A stretch of DNA of 64,000 bases from Octopus sinensis (Eukaryota). The notes beneath the pieces were generated by a model. That model was given only the letters and a program-made list of their open reading frames with translations, made no database searches and had not been told where the DNA came from. Position 1 is the first letter of the stretch; every line of letters begins with the position of its first letter. This document shows positions 26,666-39,424 of the stretch, piece by piece. The stretch is from positions 155,868,001-155,932,000 of the forward strand of contig NC_043000.1 in NCBI RefSeq assembly GCF_006345805.1, in the 5' to 3' direction. The translations under genes were made by a program, and so were the position numbers.

Positions 26666-27045
26666 ACTAGCAGTATCGCCCGGCGTTGCTCGGGTTTGTA
26701 AGGGAAATAACTATATAAGCATTTTTAGAGATGTAAAGTATAATAGCCATCTCAATATGGCTAACCACAAAGGGGGGTGTTACTGTAGCTTTTTACGTTC
26801 TATGATTTAATAATACATTTTTAGAGAGTTACTTCCCTTATATAAGCCAAAAATGCATTAAAAATGGGAAAAAATTATGGTAAATTTTTTTTTAAATCGT
26901 AGACTCATTGTAGACCCAGAAGGCTCGATATGAATCACGACTATAAGATACCAGGTTTTGGTTAAACTGCACCGCAAAATGTGGGAGTAGTTAGGAATCT
27001 AAATCATAGGAGACAGACACACAACTTCACTTTTATATATAAAGA
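26666..27045 (+). mobile_element. Helitron/Helentron-like non-autonomous element H1 (copies 27870-28271, 33842-34245, 58678-58983; minus copy 57088-57484)
   Basis: Starts actagcagtatcg-cccggcgttgctcggg (hairpin), ends ttatatataaagat; no TSD. Confidence 0.72.
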
Positions 27046-27223
27046 ATATTTTGATTTGGTATGTAGTGTTTTTTATATTCTGCAATTGATAAGTAATTTA
27101 GTGTTTGCCATTTTAGCTATTAGAGTTTTTCCCTTGTTTGCTTTAAATGTAGCCAACAAGTTAAGAACCTGGGACAGAGATGTGAGAAAAGAGAATATAA
27201 GAACATGAGAATTGAAAACTTAC

Positions 27224-27316
27224 CTGGCCAAAACATATCATACTATAGGTATCATTACAAATGATATAATGACTGAAAACAACTTTATTACAGGAACTTG
27301 AGAGGACTGCTGGTTT
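27224..27316 (-). CDS. VPS13B: VPS13B exon 13 (93 nt, phase 0 to 0)
   Basis: acttcag/AAACCA ... GGCCAG/gtaagt. Peptide KVVFSHYIICNDTYSMICFGQ, cf. human ELVFSHFVICNDTQETLRFGQ. Confidence 0.95.
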
Positions 27317-27370
27317 CTGAAGTATTAAAAATAATTAGTTTTAAGAATTATAATCGAAGACAGTTTAAAG

Positions 27371-27371
<1 letters not shown>

Positions 27372-27454
<83 letters not shown>

Positions 27455-27455
27455 G
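27372..27455. repeat. Compound (TA)n(GA)n microsatellite, representative of many (TA)n, (CAT)n, (AAT)n, (CA)n and (GA)n tracts
   Basis: Seen directly. Other examples: 5000-5055, 17205-17270, 17890-17938, 47138-47200, 51120-51200. Confidence 0.95.
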
Positions 27456-27525
27456 AAACATAATTAATCATATAGCAAAATTGAAAAAATTGAAGTAATA
27501 TCAGTGATAGACAGCAGGTACATAC

Positions 27526-27633
27526 TATGAACTGTTTCCAAACTTCTGTGGTACAATGTAGAGTGTGTACAGCCCCTTTTCCAACACGAACCATCAAGTT
27601 ATCAACACTACAGTCAACACTGATGAGCTGACA
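27526..27633 (-). CDS. VPS13B: VPS13B exon 12 (108 nt, phase 0 to 0)
   Basis: ttcacag/TGTCAG ... TTCATA/gtatgt. Peptide CQLISVDCSVDNLMVRVGKGAVHTLHCTTEVWKQFI, cf. human VIVDSVFVNLGQHVVHSLNTAIQAWQQ. Confidence 0.9.
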
Positions 27634-29639
27634 CTGTGAAAGAAGAAATTCAATAAGAAATAGGTAAAATTTAGAAGTGTTACTGGGATAAAAAGGGATG
27701 CGGGAGAAGAGGAAGAATTTTATTTTGTAAACATAAATATTTAGAATGATGAAAAAAATGTTGGTAAGGATGATAAAACCAAAAACAAAGCAAGAAAGAA
27801 TAGATTAAGAAATGGAACAAAGATGGAAATCAAAGAACAGAAGCAAATGTTCAATTTACTTTATTAACAACTAGCAGTATCGCCCGGCGTTGCTCGGGTT
27901 TGTAAGGGAAATAACTATATAAGCATTTTTAGAGATGTAAAGTATAATAGCCATCTCAATATGGCTAACCACGAAGGGGGAGGTGTTACTGTAGCTTTTT
28001 ACGTTCTGAGATTTAATAATACATTTTTAGAGAGTTACTTCCCTTATATATGCCAAAAATGCATTAAAAATGGGAAAAATTGATGGTAAATTTTTTTTTA
28101 AATCGTAGACTCATCGTAGACTCGCGCTAATACCCAGAAGGGCTCGTCGATATGAATCCCGACTATAAGATACCCGGTTTTGGTTAAACTGCACCGCAAA
28201 ATGTGGGAGTAGTTAGGAATCTAAATCGTAGGAGACAGACAGCACACAACCTCACTTTTATATATAAAGATATAAAAGATAAGTGCAAAGAAAAAGGGAA
28301 TTAATTGAAAATTGCTTAAATTTCTATATATAATGGTTGTGAAATAATCACTGATTGTCAGTGTTGTTTTGATATGTTATATCCTGTGATATATCATGGC
28401 AATACTGATCCCAAATCAAACTCCTATAACAAGGTAGTCATCATCATCATCATCAACATCGTTTAACGTCTGTTTTCCGCGCTAGCACGGGTTGGACGGT
28501 TCGACCGGGGTCTGGGAAGCCAGAAGGCTGCACCAGGCTACAGTCTGATCTGGCAGTGTTTCTACAGCTGGATGCCCTTCCTAACGCCAACCACTCCGCG
28601 AGTGTAGTGGGTGCTTTTTACATGCCACCAGCACAGGTGCCAGGGGAGTCTGGCATCGGCCACGTTCGGATGGTGCTTTTTATGTGCCACCGGCACAGAA
28701 GCCAGTCGAGGTGGCGCTGGCATCGGCCACATTTAGATGGTGCTTTTTATGTGCCACCGGCACAGAAGCCAGTCGAGGCGGCGCTGGCATCGGCCACGTT
28801 CGGATGGTGCTTTTTATGTGCCACCGGCACGGAAGCCAGTCAAGGCGGCGCTGGCATCGGCAACGTTCGGATGGTGCTTTTTACGTGCCACCGGCACAGA
28901 AGCCAGTCGAGGCGGTGCTGGCATCGGTCACGTTCGGATGGTGCTTTTTATGTACCACCGGCACAGGTATCACAACTATTCATACTATTTCACTCTATGA
29001 TACTATGACATAACCATTACTAAATTACAGTGATATACAATAGTATGGTTGTATTTTTTTTTTGTTTGTTTGATCCAGAATCTGGAACAAGGTGCTCTGC
29101 CCAAGACTCTAACAGACACTTCATTGAGATTGATGCTTTAACATTTTTGTCCAACAGTTACAAGCTGATGGCAGCGGGAAAAACATGTGCAGAGGATAGA
29201 GGAGGAGTTCCGAGAGGCTGACATTTGGAGAAGCAAAGACTAAGTGTAATGAACTAGTGCAAAGCTTGGGAAAGGAGGACAGTATGGATGATGAGATAAG
29301 AAAAAAGTGTCTGTGTGGAGTTGGTATAGGTCCACCCAGTTTCAAGAAGCAGACATCATAATAGGAGTGATACAAAATGAAAGAAAGAAGAGACACCACA
29401 TCTAATTAGTCAAGAAAACTTTTCACTGGATGCAGTGTAAAATCTGTGTGTGTGTGTGTGTGAGTGAGTATAACAATAACAATATCCCAGATGTGACTGT
29501 ACTATTTTGTAGATTTCCTAAGAGCCTTGTTGTTGGAATGGATGTAGTATATTTAGTTAGTTAGTTAGTTAATTTTTTGGCTCAAAAAGCAAAAAGCAAG
29601 GCCATGTAGGGGGACATAGAGTTATGTACAGGGTGGTGT

Positions 29640-30070
29640 TCATGCAAAGAGTTCAGGCCACTTGTGGTCAAGGGAGACTTTGAACCGAGCGGTCGTCGGC
29701 ATCTTCACCATCTCGTCCGGCAGCTTATTCCACGGATCCGCAACCCAGACGGAGAAAGCCCCTCTCCTTCGATTGAGATGAAATCGTCGCAGGTAGAGCT
29801 TTTCGGAATGACCCCGCAGCCAACGCTCTGGAGCAGGAGTGAAGAACAGCTCTTTCGAGAAGTTACACTTTCCACCTATGATGTTGTGAGCAAGAATGAG
29901 ATCACCACGTCGGCGTCGTTTTTCTAGAGAATAAAGGTCGAGCGTCTTCAGCCTTTCTTCATAAGACAAATGCTTGAGACCAAGAACCATGCGGGTAGCC
30001 AGCTTCTGGACTCTTTCGAGATGCTGTATGTCTTTGAGGAGATAAGGAGAAGAGGCTCCAAAAAGGAAGG
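29640..30070 (-). mobile_element. CR1 LINE ORF2 C-terminal fragment
   Basis: KDIQHLERVQKLATRMVLGLKHLSYEERLKTLDLYSLEKRRRRGDLI...RGHSEKL...WNKLP. Confidence 0.92.
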
Positions 30071-30978
30071 CTTTTCTTTGTCGCACAATCACTGCTGTTG
30101 AGGTTGTGCATTCACTAGGAGAGATCTTCAGTGATGGTGAGACTTAGCATTTGAAGTGATTATGAGAATCCTAGTTACTCATCATCCACATTCAGGACAA
30201 GGTGAGCTCTAATAGTGTTTCCTTGAGATGAGAATGTTTTATGTCACTGGGCTGTTAAAGGAGGCATAATTGCAATGACCCTATCAGAGGATGTTTTTGA
30301 AGTCAATACAAAGTGTCTAAGTTGCATATGAAAGATGCACAGATGCAGAAGATTACAGAAGAATGAAAGGTGATATCTATGTAGGAGTGAGCATTATTGC
30401 ATGTGATAGCAAGTAGGTTACTAAGATGTTGCACTACCGATACTAAGACACCATATGATCATCAGCGTTTAAAATCCACTTTCCATGCTGGCACGGGTTG
30501 GATGGTTTGATATGGAACTGGCTAGCAAGGCACTGTCCAGATTCCAGCCATCTATTGAGGCTTGGTTTCCCCAGCTGGATGCCCTTCCTAATGCCAACCA
30601 CTTAAGAGAGTGTGCCAGGTGTTTTAACGCAGTACCAGCACAGCTGCTTTTTAAGTGGCACAGGCACCCTGCTCTGCTAGTACTGTGACTAAAATACAAT
30701 ACCGTACTTTTGATGTCCATATTCTTACTAAGACACTATGCTATGCTATAGTAATACTCTAAGACACTATATCATAACACAATAATATTGTAACTAAAAT
30801 ACTATGCCATATTAAGGCAGTACTACAATATCCTAATATCATACTACAGCCATACTGTTTCAGAGATATTATATCATATTATAACGATACTATTACAAAG
30901 ACAATATTATACTATAAGACAACAATATTATTACTTAGTCACACTATGTAAATAAATTTCACTGAAAATATATATATA

Positions 30979-31290
30979 TATATATTTACGAAGTCTAGAT
31001 AGATATCTTCAGCTAGCAGTCCTCTGCTACTCTAGATCGATGAAGGGAAAAGACCCTGAAACATGCATGTCTCTAGATGCAGGCCTAGCTGTTGGGGGTA
31101 TTTGTCTCCCCTTCGTAAATATATAAGGACACAGGGAATGTGTCGAAGCCATCAGGAGGCGTCAATGCTTCCTAGAGCTAAACAGCGATGGTGTAATTCC
31201 CTTTATGGGACTGTCACGTTAAGTTGACAGTATACAACCACTCTATCGCCCCACCACCGTACATATCTCTATGAGATATTTAGAAATTTA
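30979..31290 (+). mobile_element. Probable Penelope-like (pLTR) or retrozyme-like non-autonomous element carrying the hammerhead fold
   Basis: 15-bp inverted repeat 30979-30993 / 31111-31125 enclosing the hammerhead. Further hairpins downstream, plus a LELNSDG reading like the LNRDxG end of PLE GIY-YIG domains (inference). Confidence 0.45.
31031..31077 (+). ncRNA. Candidate minimal type I hammerhead ribozyme with variant core
   Basis: Stem I UCUAGA/UCUAGA; core UCGAUGA; stem II AGGG-aaaaga-CCCU; GAAA; palindromic stem III AC-AUGCAU-GU; GUC cleavage triplet at 31069-31071. Confidence 0.6.
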
Positions 31291-31529
31291 ATATTTCTGA
31301 TTATGTAATATGACAGTACTGCAAGACAAAGAAAGTATTTCTACCAAGTCATTCACCCTGCAAGAACTAAGATCCAAATCACCTTCAAATTACACCCTTA
31401 CTACCTTAAATGAAGAAAGGATACATAGGATACAGCAGTTAGAGAGAGCCCAAAGTAGATGGATGGTCACCAATATTATGCTTTTGACCAAGCCATTTGT
31501 ATCAGTATTGTCACTAAGATACTATACCT

Positions 31530-31748
31530 ATTTCTTTACTACCCACAAGGGGCTAAACACAAAGAGGACAAACAAGGACAGACAAACGGATTAAGTCAAT
31601 TATATCGACCCCAGTGCGTAACTGGTACTAAATTTATCGACCCCGAAAGGATGAAAGACAAAGTCGACCTCGGCGGAATTTGAACTCAGAACGTAGCGGC
31701 AGACGAAATACCGCAAAGCATTTCACCCGGCATGCTAACGTTTCTGCC
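31530..31748 (-). mobile_element. tRNA-derived SINE family D (further copies about 32812-33044 and 51203-51398)
   Basis: Minus-strand head with B box gagttcaaattcc; three similar copies in the window. Confidence 0.82.
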
Positions 31749-31826
31749 ATAACACCACAATTGCTAAGTGACTCATTCAACTGTATGTTGTTGTAAATCC
31801 ATCATAGATATATATCAAAGACTCAC

Positions 31827-31937
31827 CTCACCATCAGGTATTATAGTTACTTCCCCTTGTAAGCTGAATGGTTTCACCACAGTCTGCTGAGTGAGGTAGC
31901 GGAATTCTACAATATCCAGCTGGCAGGCACAGGAGAA
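31827..31937 (-). CDS. VPS13B: VPS13B exon 11 (111 nt, phase 0 to 0)
   Basis: gtttcag/TTCTCC ... GGTGAG/gtgagt. Peptide FSCACQLDIVEFRYLTQQTVVKPFSLQGEV, cf. human CKLLECRNVTMQSVVKPFSIFGQM. Confidence 0.93.
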
Positions 31938-33489
31938 CTGAAACAATAGTCAATTACATGATTAAATTCACAGTAATACACAAGGTGTGTGTGTGTGTGC
32001 GTGTATAAATGCGTGTATGAGTGCGTATATTTTAAAATGCCTTAACTAAGGTAGGCTTGGGTAACAGATGTTTCCTATCATTATGATTATCGTTTAACGT
32101 CCCTTTTCCATGCTGGCATGGGTTGGACGGTTTGACTGAGGTCTGGGAAGCCAGAGGCTGCACCAAGATCCAATCTGATCAGGCAATGTTGCCACAGCTG
32201 GATGCCCTTCCTGACGCCAACCACTTCTAGAGTGTAGTGGGTGCTTTTTATGCGTCACTGGCACGGGTGCCAGTCAGGTAGCCCTGACATCGATCACATT
32301 TAGATAGTGCCTTTTATGTGTCACCAGCATGGGAGCCAGTCAGGCAGACATGGCATCAGCTACAATTAGATGATGCTTTTTATGTGCCACTGGCACAGGA
32401 GCCAGTCAGGGGGCACTGGCATCAACCATGTTTGAATGGTGCATTTTACATGCCACCGGTACAGGAGCCAATCAGGTGGGCACTGGCATCAATCACATTC
32501 AGGTGGTGCATTTTATGTGCCACTGGCATGGAAGCTAGCCAGTCGGCACTGGCCACAGCTACGATATTGGTTTTACTTGACTGAACAGGTTGTCTCAAGC
32601 ATATATTGCCTGATGCATCAAGGGTACTTTTAAACAGGACAGACATGTAGCACTGGCATCAGCCATGGCTGTGATCTCACTATATTTACCAGGTTTCTCA
32701 ATCACAGTATATCTCCAGAGGTCTGTTGCCAACCCTTGCCTGTCTCCAGACATGGTAATATTTCCCCTGTGACTAGACTGTCTTTATGAAAGATTGGAAA
32801 CAAATGATACCTATTTCTTTACTACCCACAAGGGGCTAAACACAGAGGAGACAAACAAGGACAGACAAACGGATTAAATCAATTACATCGACCCCAGTGT
32901 GTAACTGGTACTTAATTTATCGACCCCGAAAGGATGAAAGGCAAAGTCGACCTTGGCGGAATTTGAACTCAGAACGTAACAGTAAACGAAATACGGCTAC
33001 GCATTTCGTCCGGCGTGCTAACGATTCTGCCAGCTCGCCGCCTTGGAAACAAATGATACCATTTGTGTGACAGCAACACTCATGTACAACTATCACATAT
33101 CACAACAAGGAAGTAAAAGAAAAACATGCATGCACACACACACACACACAGGGACTTATATACACTGTACTTTTTAAAGTTTCTATCCACCAAATCCACT
33201 TGATTTAGCCCTGGGGCTCAAGTAGAAGACATCTACCCAAGGTACCACAGAGCAGGATTGAACCCAATGGCATGTTATTCAAAAGTGAACTACTTTTCAT
33301 GGTGGCTAAAATAAATACCAGTTGAGTACTAGGGGTCTGATGCTATCAACTGTGTTCCCTTCCAAAATGCGTCTTTCTTCTTATGTTAGAATAAATCTAA
33401 ACTTCAAACTATAAAAACTTTTCTAAAATGTAAGAATATAAAAATTCTGTTTAATTCATTTTAAGATGTGCATCTTTGGATGATCTTAC

Positions 33490-33626
33490 TTGCAATGATG
33501 TTTTTGTAGTATGTCCACCAGAGTAGGATCCCATCACAGCTGGCGATTCCAATATTAGCACACCCCATTCTTGGTCTGAGGGGTCATTATCTTGGAAGGT
33601 AAATGGCTTAAGTTTCTCTGGTACAT
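33490..33626 (-). CDS. VPS13B: VPS13B exon 10 (137 nt, phase 1 to 0)
   Basis: catctag/ATGTACC ... TTGCAA/gtaag. Peptide DVPEKLKPFTFQDNDPSDQEWGVLILESP, cf. human APQYLQPFVSDRNMPSELEYMIVSFREP. Confidence 0.92.
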
Positions 33627-34283
33627 CTAGATGAAAAGGAAAAAAAGTTCATTATGTCAAAGCATATCTGAGATAATAAAAAAATATTATTAATAACCTA
33701 GCTTAAAACTGAATTAACTTTCATACTCTACACACATCACAATGACATACCAAAACATTTAATGATATAGTGAATGATTATGATGAACAATCAAGTTCAG
33801 CAAATAAGAAAATTATAAAATGATTACAATTATATATATATACTAGCAGTATCGCCCGGCGTTGCTTGGGCTTGTAAGGGAAATAACTATATAAGCATTT
33901 TTAGAGAGTTATAGCCAAAAAGTAGCAAAAAAATGCATTAAAAATGGAAAAAAAATGATGGTAAATTTTTTTTGAAATCGTTGACTCATCGTAGACATTT
34001 TTAGAGAGTTACTTCCCTTATATAATAGCGAAAAAAATGCATTCAAATGGAAAAAAAATGATGGTAATTTTTTTTTTTTAAATCGTAGACTCATCGTAGA
34101 TGTGTGCTAATACCCAGAAGGGCTTGATATGAATAACGACTATAAGATACCCGGTTTTGGTTAAACTGCACTGCAAAATGTGGGAGTAGTTAGGAATCTA
34201 AATCGTAGGAGACAGACACACAACTTGACTTTTATATATAAAGATATATATATATATTACTACATATAGGCACATTACTACAT

Positions 34284-34690
34284 AGGCGCAGGAGTGGCTG
34301 TGTGGTAAGTAGCTTGCTAACCAACCACATGGTTCCGGGTTCAGTCCCACTGCGTGGCATCTTGGGCAAGTGTCTTCTGCTATAGCCCCCAGCCGACCAA
34401 TGCCTTGTGAGTGGATTTGGTAGACGGAAACTGAAAGAAGCCTGTCGTATATATGTATATATATATATGTGTGTGTATGTGTTTGTGCATCTGTGTTTGT
34501 CCCCCTAGCATTTCTTGACAACCGATGCTGGTGTGTTTACGTCCCCGTCACTTAGCGGTTCGGCAAAAGAGACCAATAGAATAAGTACTAGGCTTGCAAA
34601 GAATAAGTCCCAGGGTCAAGTTGCTCGACTAAAGGTGGTGCTCCAGCATGGCTGCAGTCAAATGACTGAAACAAGTAAAAGAGAGAGAGA
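34284..34690 (+). mobile_element. SINE family A
   Basis: Same family. Confidence 0.88.
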
Positions 34691-36413
34691 GAATATCTGT
34701 TTCAATTGCATAATTTAAATCATATTCTTCAAATGCAGTACTTTTGTGAACCAGTGCACAGTTTATACATTATCTCTATATATTTCAGACTAGCTGATTC
34801 AATTTTGTTTTGGAAGTGACACTAAGAAGCAAAATATGTATCTGTTGCTCTTGCAACCACTTCTAATGTGATATTTTTTTCGCACCTAGCTCTGATGTAT
34901 GTTGTCTTTTTTTTTTTTTTAACACAATACATTTTTAAAGGGATTTTTCCTAAATGGAAACCACAGCCCCTGGCTTTTTCAACTACACGCATACATTAAA
35001 TATGTTATATTTATAAAGTTCTATGTTTTAACAAGTTTATAACAAACAGTAATATTATATGTTACAAGTAATAAATGAATCTAAAAAGAAAGCCTGTAAC
35101 TATTCTTGCATTATTGATTACACTACAGAGCATTTCTTAATGTCTCCACTCAAATTAGGCACAATAAATGAGATTTTCTGCTATTTTAACTGTATTATTT
35201 TATCTCAGCAAGACCCATCCAACCCATGCCAGCATGGACAACACATATTAAATGATGAAGATGATAATGATGATGATAATGGTGATTTGCTTGACTAAAG
35301 GCGGTGCTCCAGCATGGCCACAGTTAAATGACTGAAACAAGTAAAAGAGTATAGTAAAACATTCGTCTGTTACATTCTACTTCATACAGTTAATATATAG
35401 TTGTTGTAGTTCATATTCTTAATTAATCATGCTTCAGTGAGGAAGCACCTGTTTACTGGTGACACCTGTATGTGTTGCTGAATCACCACCATCAGCTACT
35501 ACAGCTAGTAGAATAGGCTATTTCTACAGTAAAATTTTTTCTGTTAATTTATAATTCAAAATATTACTTTACAAAAAGCAAATGTGAATAAATCAAGTTA
35601 ATCATTCGAATACATTTGTTCCTCAACAGGAAATACTATTCACCTCAATTTTAATTAACCCTTTCGTTACCAACCCGGCTGAAACAGGCTCTGGCTCTGT
35701 AGTACAAATGTCTTGTTTTCATAAGTTTTTAATTTACATCTTCCACCAAACCTTAGTCACAAATACTGTACCTAACACTAGCATAATGATAACTAAGTTA
35801 TTTTACTAAATTCTTTGTTATATTTAAAATAATTGGGAGAAACACAGATCATCTCAAAATAAATACAGTAACGAAAGGGTTAAAATTTGACTAAAACTAA
35901 TTTTATAATGAAATATTTTCTAATCCATGTGAGTATTGTGAAATGGTGGTAAGGAGTGAGCCAGTCAATTTTGTAATAAAAGTGTGATTTCGGTGGAACA
36001 ATTCTACTTGGCTCATTATTCTTACCAGTGATCTCAAGTTTGAGCTAAGTATCTTACAGAGATAGAACTTTCCAGGCTACTTTGCTATCAGCACATAGAA
36101 GGATGAGCAAATAGGGAAGTAAATTCAATTAAATAACAGTTAAATCTCTGTCAAATCACACTCTACTGTGTTAAAAAGCAGGAAGGATGGATTAGATAAT
36201 GTAGTCTTTGATACACTGTATCTGAAAGAATGAAAGTGTGATGATGGCCAGTGATTCTGGCCATCATAAATCAGCAGAAACAAGATTGACCTGAAGGTAA
36301 ATAACAACAACAATACACTGATAATATTAGATATCAGCAGTGATATACAAACTTGATAAAAGTTGAAGACAATATTCGAGAATGCAGAAAGTACTTTTAC
36401 AAATAAAACTTAC

Positions 36414-36583
36414 CTTGACCTAAAACATTAAAATGGTTGCTGAACTTCAAAAGGAGTGTTGGCATGGTAACAAGCACTTGGACAACTGGAACAAGACTGG
36501 GGATGAAGCATGAGTCAACACGCATGCAGGCTGCAAGGGAAGCTGGCAACACACACGGATAGCTTCCATCAAAATCATCAACC
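36414..36583 (-). CDS. VPS13B: VPS13B exon 9 (170 nt, phase 2 to 1)
   Basis: acttcag/GGTTG ... CAAG/gtaagt. Peptide PCVLPASLAACMRVDSCFIPSLVP, cf. human LVTPTALAACTRVDSCFTPWFVP. Confidence 0.95.
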
Positions 36584-36696
36584 CTGAAGTATAAACATTT
36601 CTTTAATTAGTATGAACAGTTAGCAAAATGAATACTAAATGATTAGGCTATCAAGGTACCAACAACATTTACCCTTCTCGGTCAGGAAGTATTTCA

Positions 36697-37392
36697 GTCA
36701 TGAAGGCTGAGGGTATCTTGGCATCACTCACCAAATCTTTTGTGAGCCGCTCTCCAGCTATCTATCTGCAGCTTTATATAGCTATGGTAAGACCTCACCT
36801 GGAATTTGCATCACCGGTCTGGAACCCCTATCTTGCCCAGGATATCAATCGTCTGGAAGCCGTTCAGCGACGTGCAACTAAAAGAATACCCTCCATTAGG
36901 CATTTGCCATATTCTGAACGCCTTACTTCCCTGGGCATGGACACATTGAAACTCCGACGTCTGGCAGCTGACTTGGCAGACACCCATAAAATTATCAACC
37001 ATCTTACAAACAATAACTCTGAGCACCTTTTCAAACTCCACCCGTCTAACACCCGCGGACATATTTACAAAGTCAGAAAACAGCACAGCTCCCATGACTT
37101 TCGGAAATATTTTCTCACGCTGAGAGTTGCTGAAGCATGGAATAAACTGCCGGCATCAGTTGTTAGTTGTCGGAGCACTGCATCCTTCAAAACTTCCATG
37201 CTTCCTGAGATTCGCCAACACTACACCTGATTTTCTCCCCTCCATACACACGCAAGTGTGTATCTGACTCATACATTGTTTGCCTTCCAGACATTTGTAC
37301 ATTACTGCATATACTCTATACGCACTTTCTGACAAGTTGTGGTGCACCTGAGCACTGTATACAATAATTTCATTATTATTATTATTATAATA
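36697..37392 (+). mobile_element. CR1 LINE 3' end, ORF open to its stop, with 3' UTR and (ATT)n tail
   Basis: RPHLEFASPVWNPYLAQDINRLEAVQRRATKRIPSIRHLPYSERL...AWNKLP. Confidence 0.92.
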
Positions 37393-38003
37393 AAGTGTGT
37401 CTGTGTGTATGTGTGTGTATTCATTACATGCAGAAGAAACTGTATAAGATATAAAATAGCTACTTGTATACTATATTATAGCATTGTGACAGGCAAATTT
37501 ACAGAGTATTCACTCATATTATTATGTATGAGTGTGATATGTTTAAAAATGCCATATATATTTGGATGGGGTGAGCAGATGAAAATCATCCAAGCCATAT
37601 CCAACCCAAATATTCTACCTGTTTTATGTTCAAACTGGCCAAATCAGGCATCTTACACTTACCCTAAATGTCATTCTAAAAATAAACAATCACATTATCA
37701 AAATCTCAAAGCTACAAGATAATATGTGATTAATTTAAAACAATGGGAATAAATAAACATTACATTTGACAGAGTAATCTGAGTGCTAAAGGGTTAAGAT
37801 GGGAAATCTAAAATTTTCTCATACATGAATGTATTAGTATACATATATATGGAGAAGTCTCATCATAGCTGATGGGTCTGCAAGAAATAGCTCCAAATCT
37901 CCATCAAATTACACCCACCTGTCTTAAATAATGGCAGATACATTAGATAATGATAATGTAATCATATATATTAAATGGATGATTAAAGTTGAAATCATCA
38001 TCA

Positions 38004-39260
38004 TCGTTAAACATCTGCTTTCCATGCTGGCATGGGTTGGATGGCTTGACTGAGGACTGGTGAGCCAGAAGGCTGCACCAGGCTTAATCTGATCAGGCAA
38101 AGTTTCTACAGTTGGATGCCCTTCCTAATGCCAACCACTCCGAGAGTGTAGTAGGTGCTTTTTAAGTGCCACTGGCATGAGGACCAGTCAGGCAGTTCTA
38201 GCAATGACCATGCTCAAAAGGTGTTTTTTACGTGCTACCTGCAGGAGAGCCAGTCCGGCAACACTGGCAACGACCTGCTTAAATGTTGCTTTTTACATGT
38301 CACCAGCACATGTGTCAGTAAGTCAACGCTGGCAACGATCACACTCGAATGGTGCTTTTTACATGCCACCAGCACAGGAGCCAATTTGTGGCCCTGGCAA
38401 CGAGCACGCTCAGATGTGCTTTTAACATACCACTGGCATGAGTGCCAATCAGGCGGTACTGTCATCGGCCATGTCAGCGATTTTGATTTGATTTCACTTG
38501 CCTCAATAGGTCTTAGCAAGTAAAGTTTATTGGCCAATGAATGAGGGGTACTCATAAGTGGGCTAGTTACACCCACTGGCATAGGCCATGGGCTAAGGTC
38601 TCACTTGACTTGTCAGGTCTTCTCAAGCACAGCATATCTCCAAAGGTCTCACTAGTCATTGCCTTGGTAAGGCCCAATGTTTGAAGGTCATGCTTCACCA
38701 CCTCATCTCATATCTTCCTGGGTCTACATCTTCCACAGGTTCTCTCAACTGCTAGGGTGTGACACTTTTTCACACAGCTGTCATCATTCATTCACTACAC
38801 ATGACCATATCAGTGCAGTTGTCTCTCTTGGACACCGTATCCGATGCTTCTTAAATCCAACTTTCCGCTTACACTTTGTTGTGTATGCACACTGACATTA
38901 TACATCCAGCAGAGCATACTGGCTTCATTCCTTGCAAGCTTATGCATGTCCTCAGCAGTCACAGTCCATGTAGCATGACTGTTCGTACACATGCATCATA
39001 GCGTCTACCTATTACTATGAGCGATAGGCCCTTTGTCACCAGCAGAGGTAGAAGCTCTCTTAACTTTGCCCAGGTTATTCTTATTCTAGCAGATACAATT
39101 TCAGAGCATCCACCCTCGCTACTGACTTGGTCTCCTAGGTAACGGAAGCCATCAACTACTAGTAGTTTTTTCCCCTGGAATGTGACGGAAGCTGTTCTCT
39201 GCACATTTTCAGTGTTTGTAGCACCTGAGCATTTGCCACATACAAAAACTATCTTCCCAG
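38004..39260 (-). mobile_element. 5'-truncated RTE LINE: ORF2 end plus repeat-containing 3' UTR and (GAT)n tail
   Basis: VDGFRYLGD...YDACVRTVMLHG...EVVKHDLQTLGLTKAMT..LWRYAVLEKT runs continuously into the ggtggcacgtaaaaagcacc units. This shows the abundant (CAT)n-anchored repeat is this LINE's 3' UTR. Confidence 0.85.
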
Positions 39261-39424
39261 TCAGCTTTCCTTTGATATTGCCGCACCTTTGATTACAGGT
39301 CTGCTTGACCAGGGATCATCTGGAGTGAAGTAATAATAACACACAAGGCACAGAAATCCAGAGAAACGCAGGCTTAAAGCTGAACAAGTGTTGTTCATAA
39401 CAGAAATTTTAGTAAGAAACTTAC

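Noticed and set aside
27615-27645. CUGAUGA...GAAA on plus
   Set aside because: Stem II cannot form; it is the antisense of exon 12.
29060-29400. Protein-like plus-strand frames
   Set aside because: Broken by a stop/frameshift, no recognisable family and no clear splice sites; probably an old TE remnant.
36700-37230. 176-aa ORF as a nested host gene
   Set aside because: It is the C-terminal end of CR1 ORF2 with no upstream RT; the same sequence recurs at 54996.
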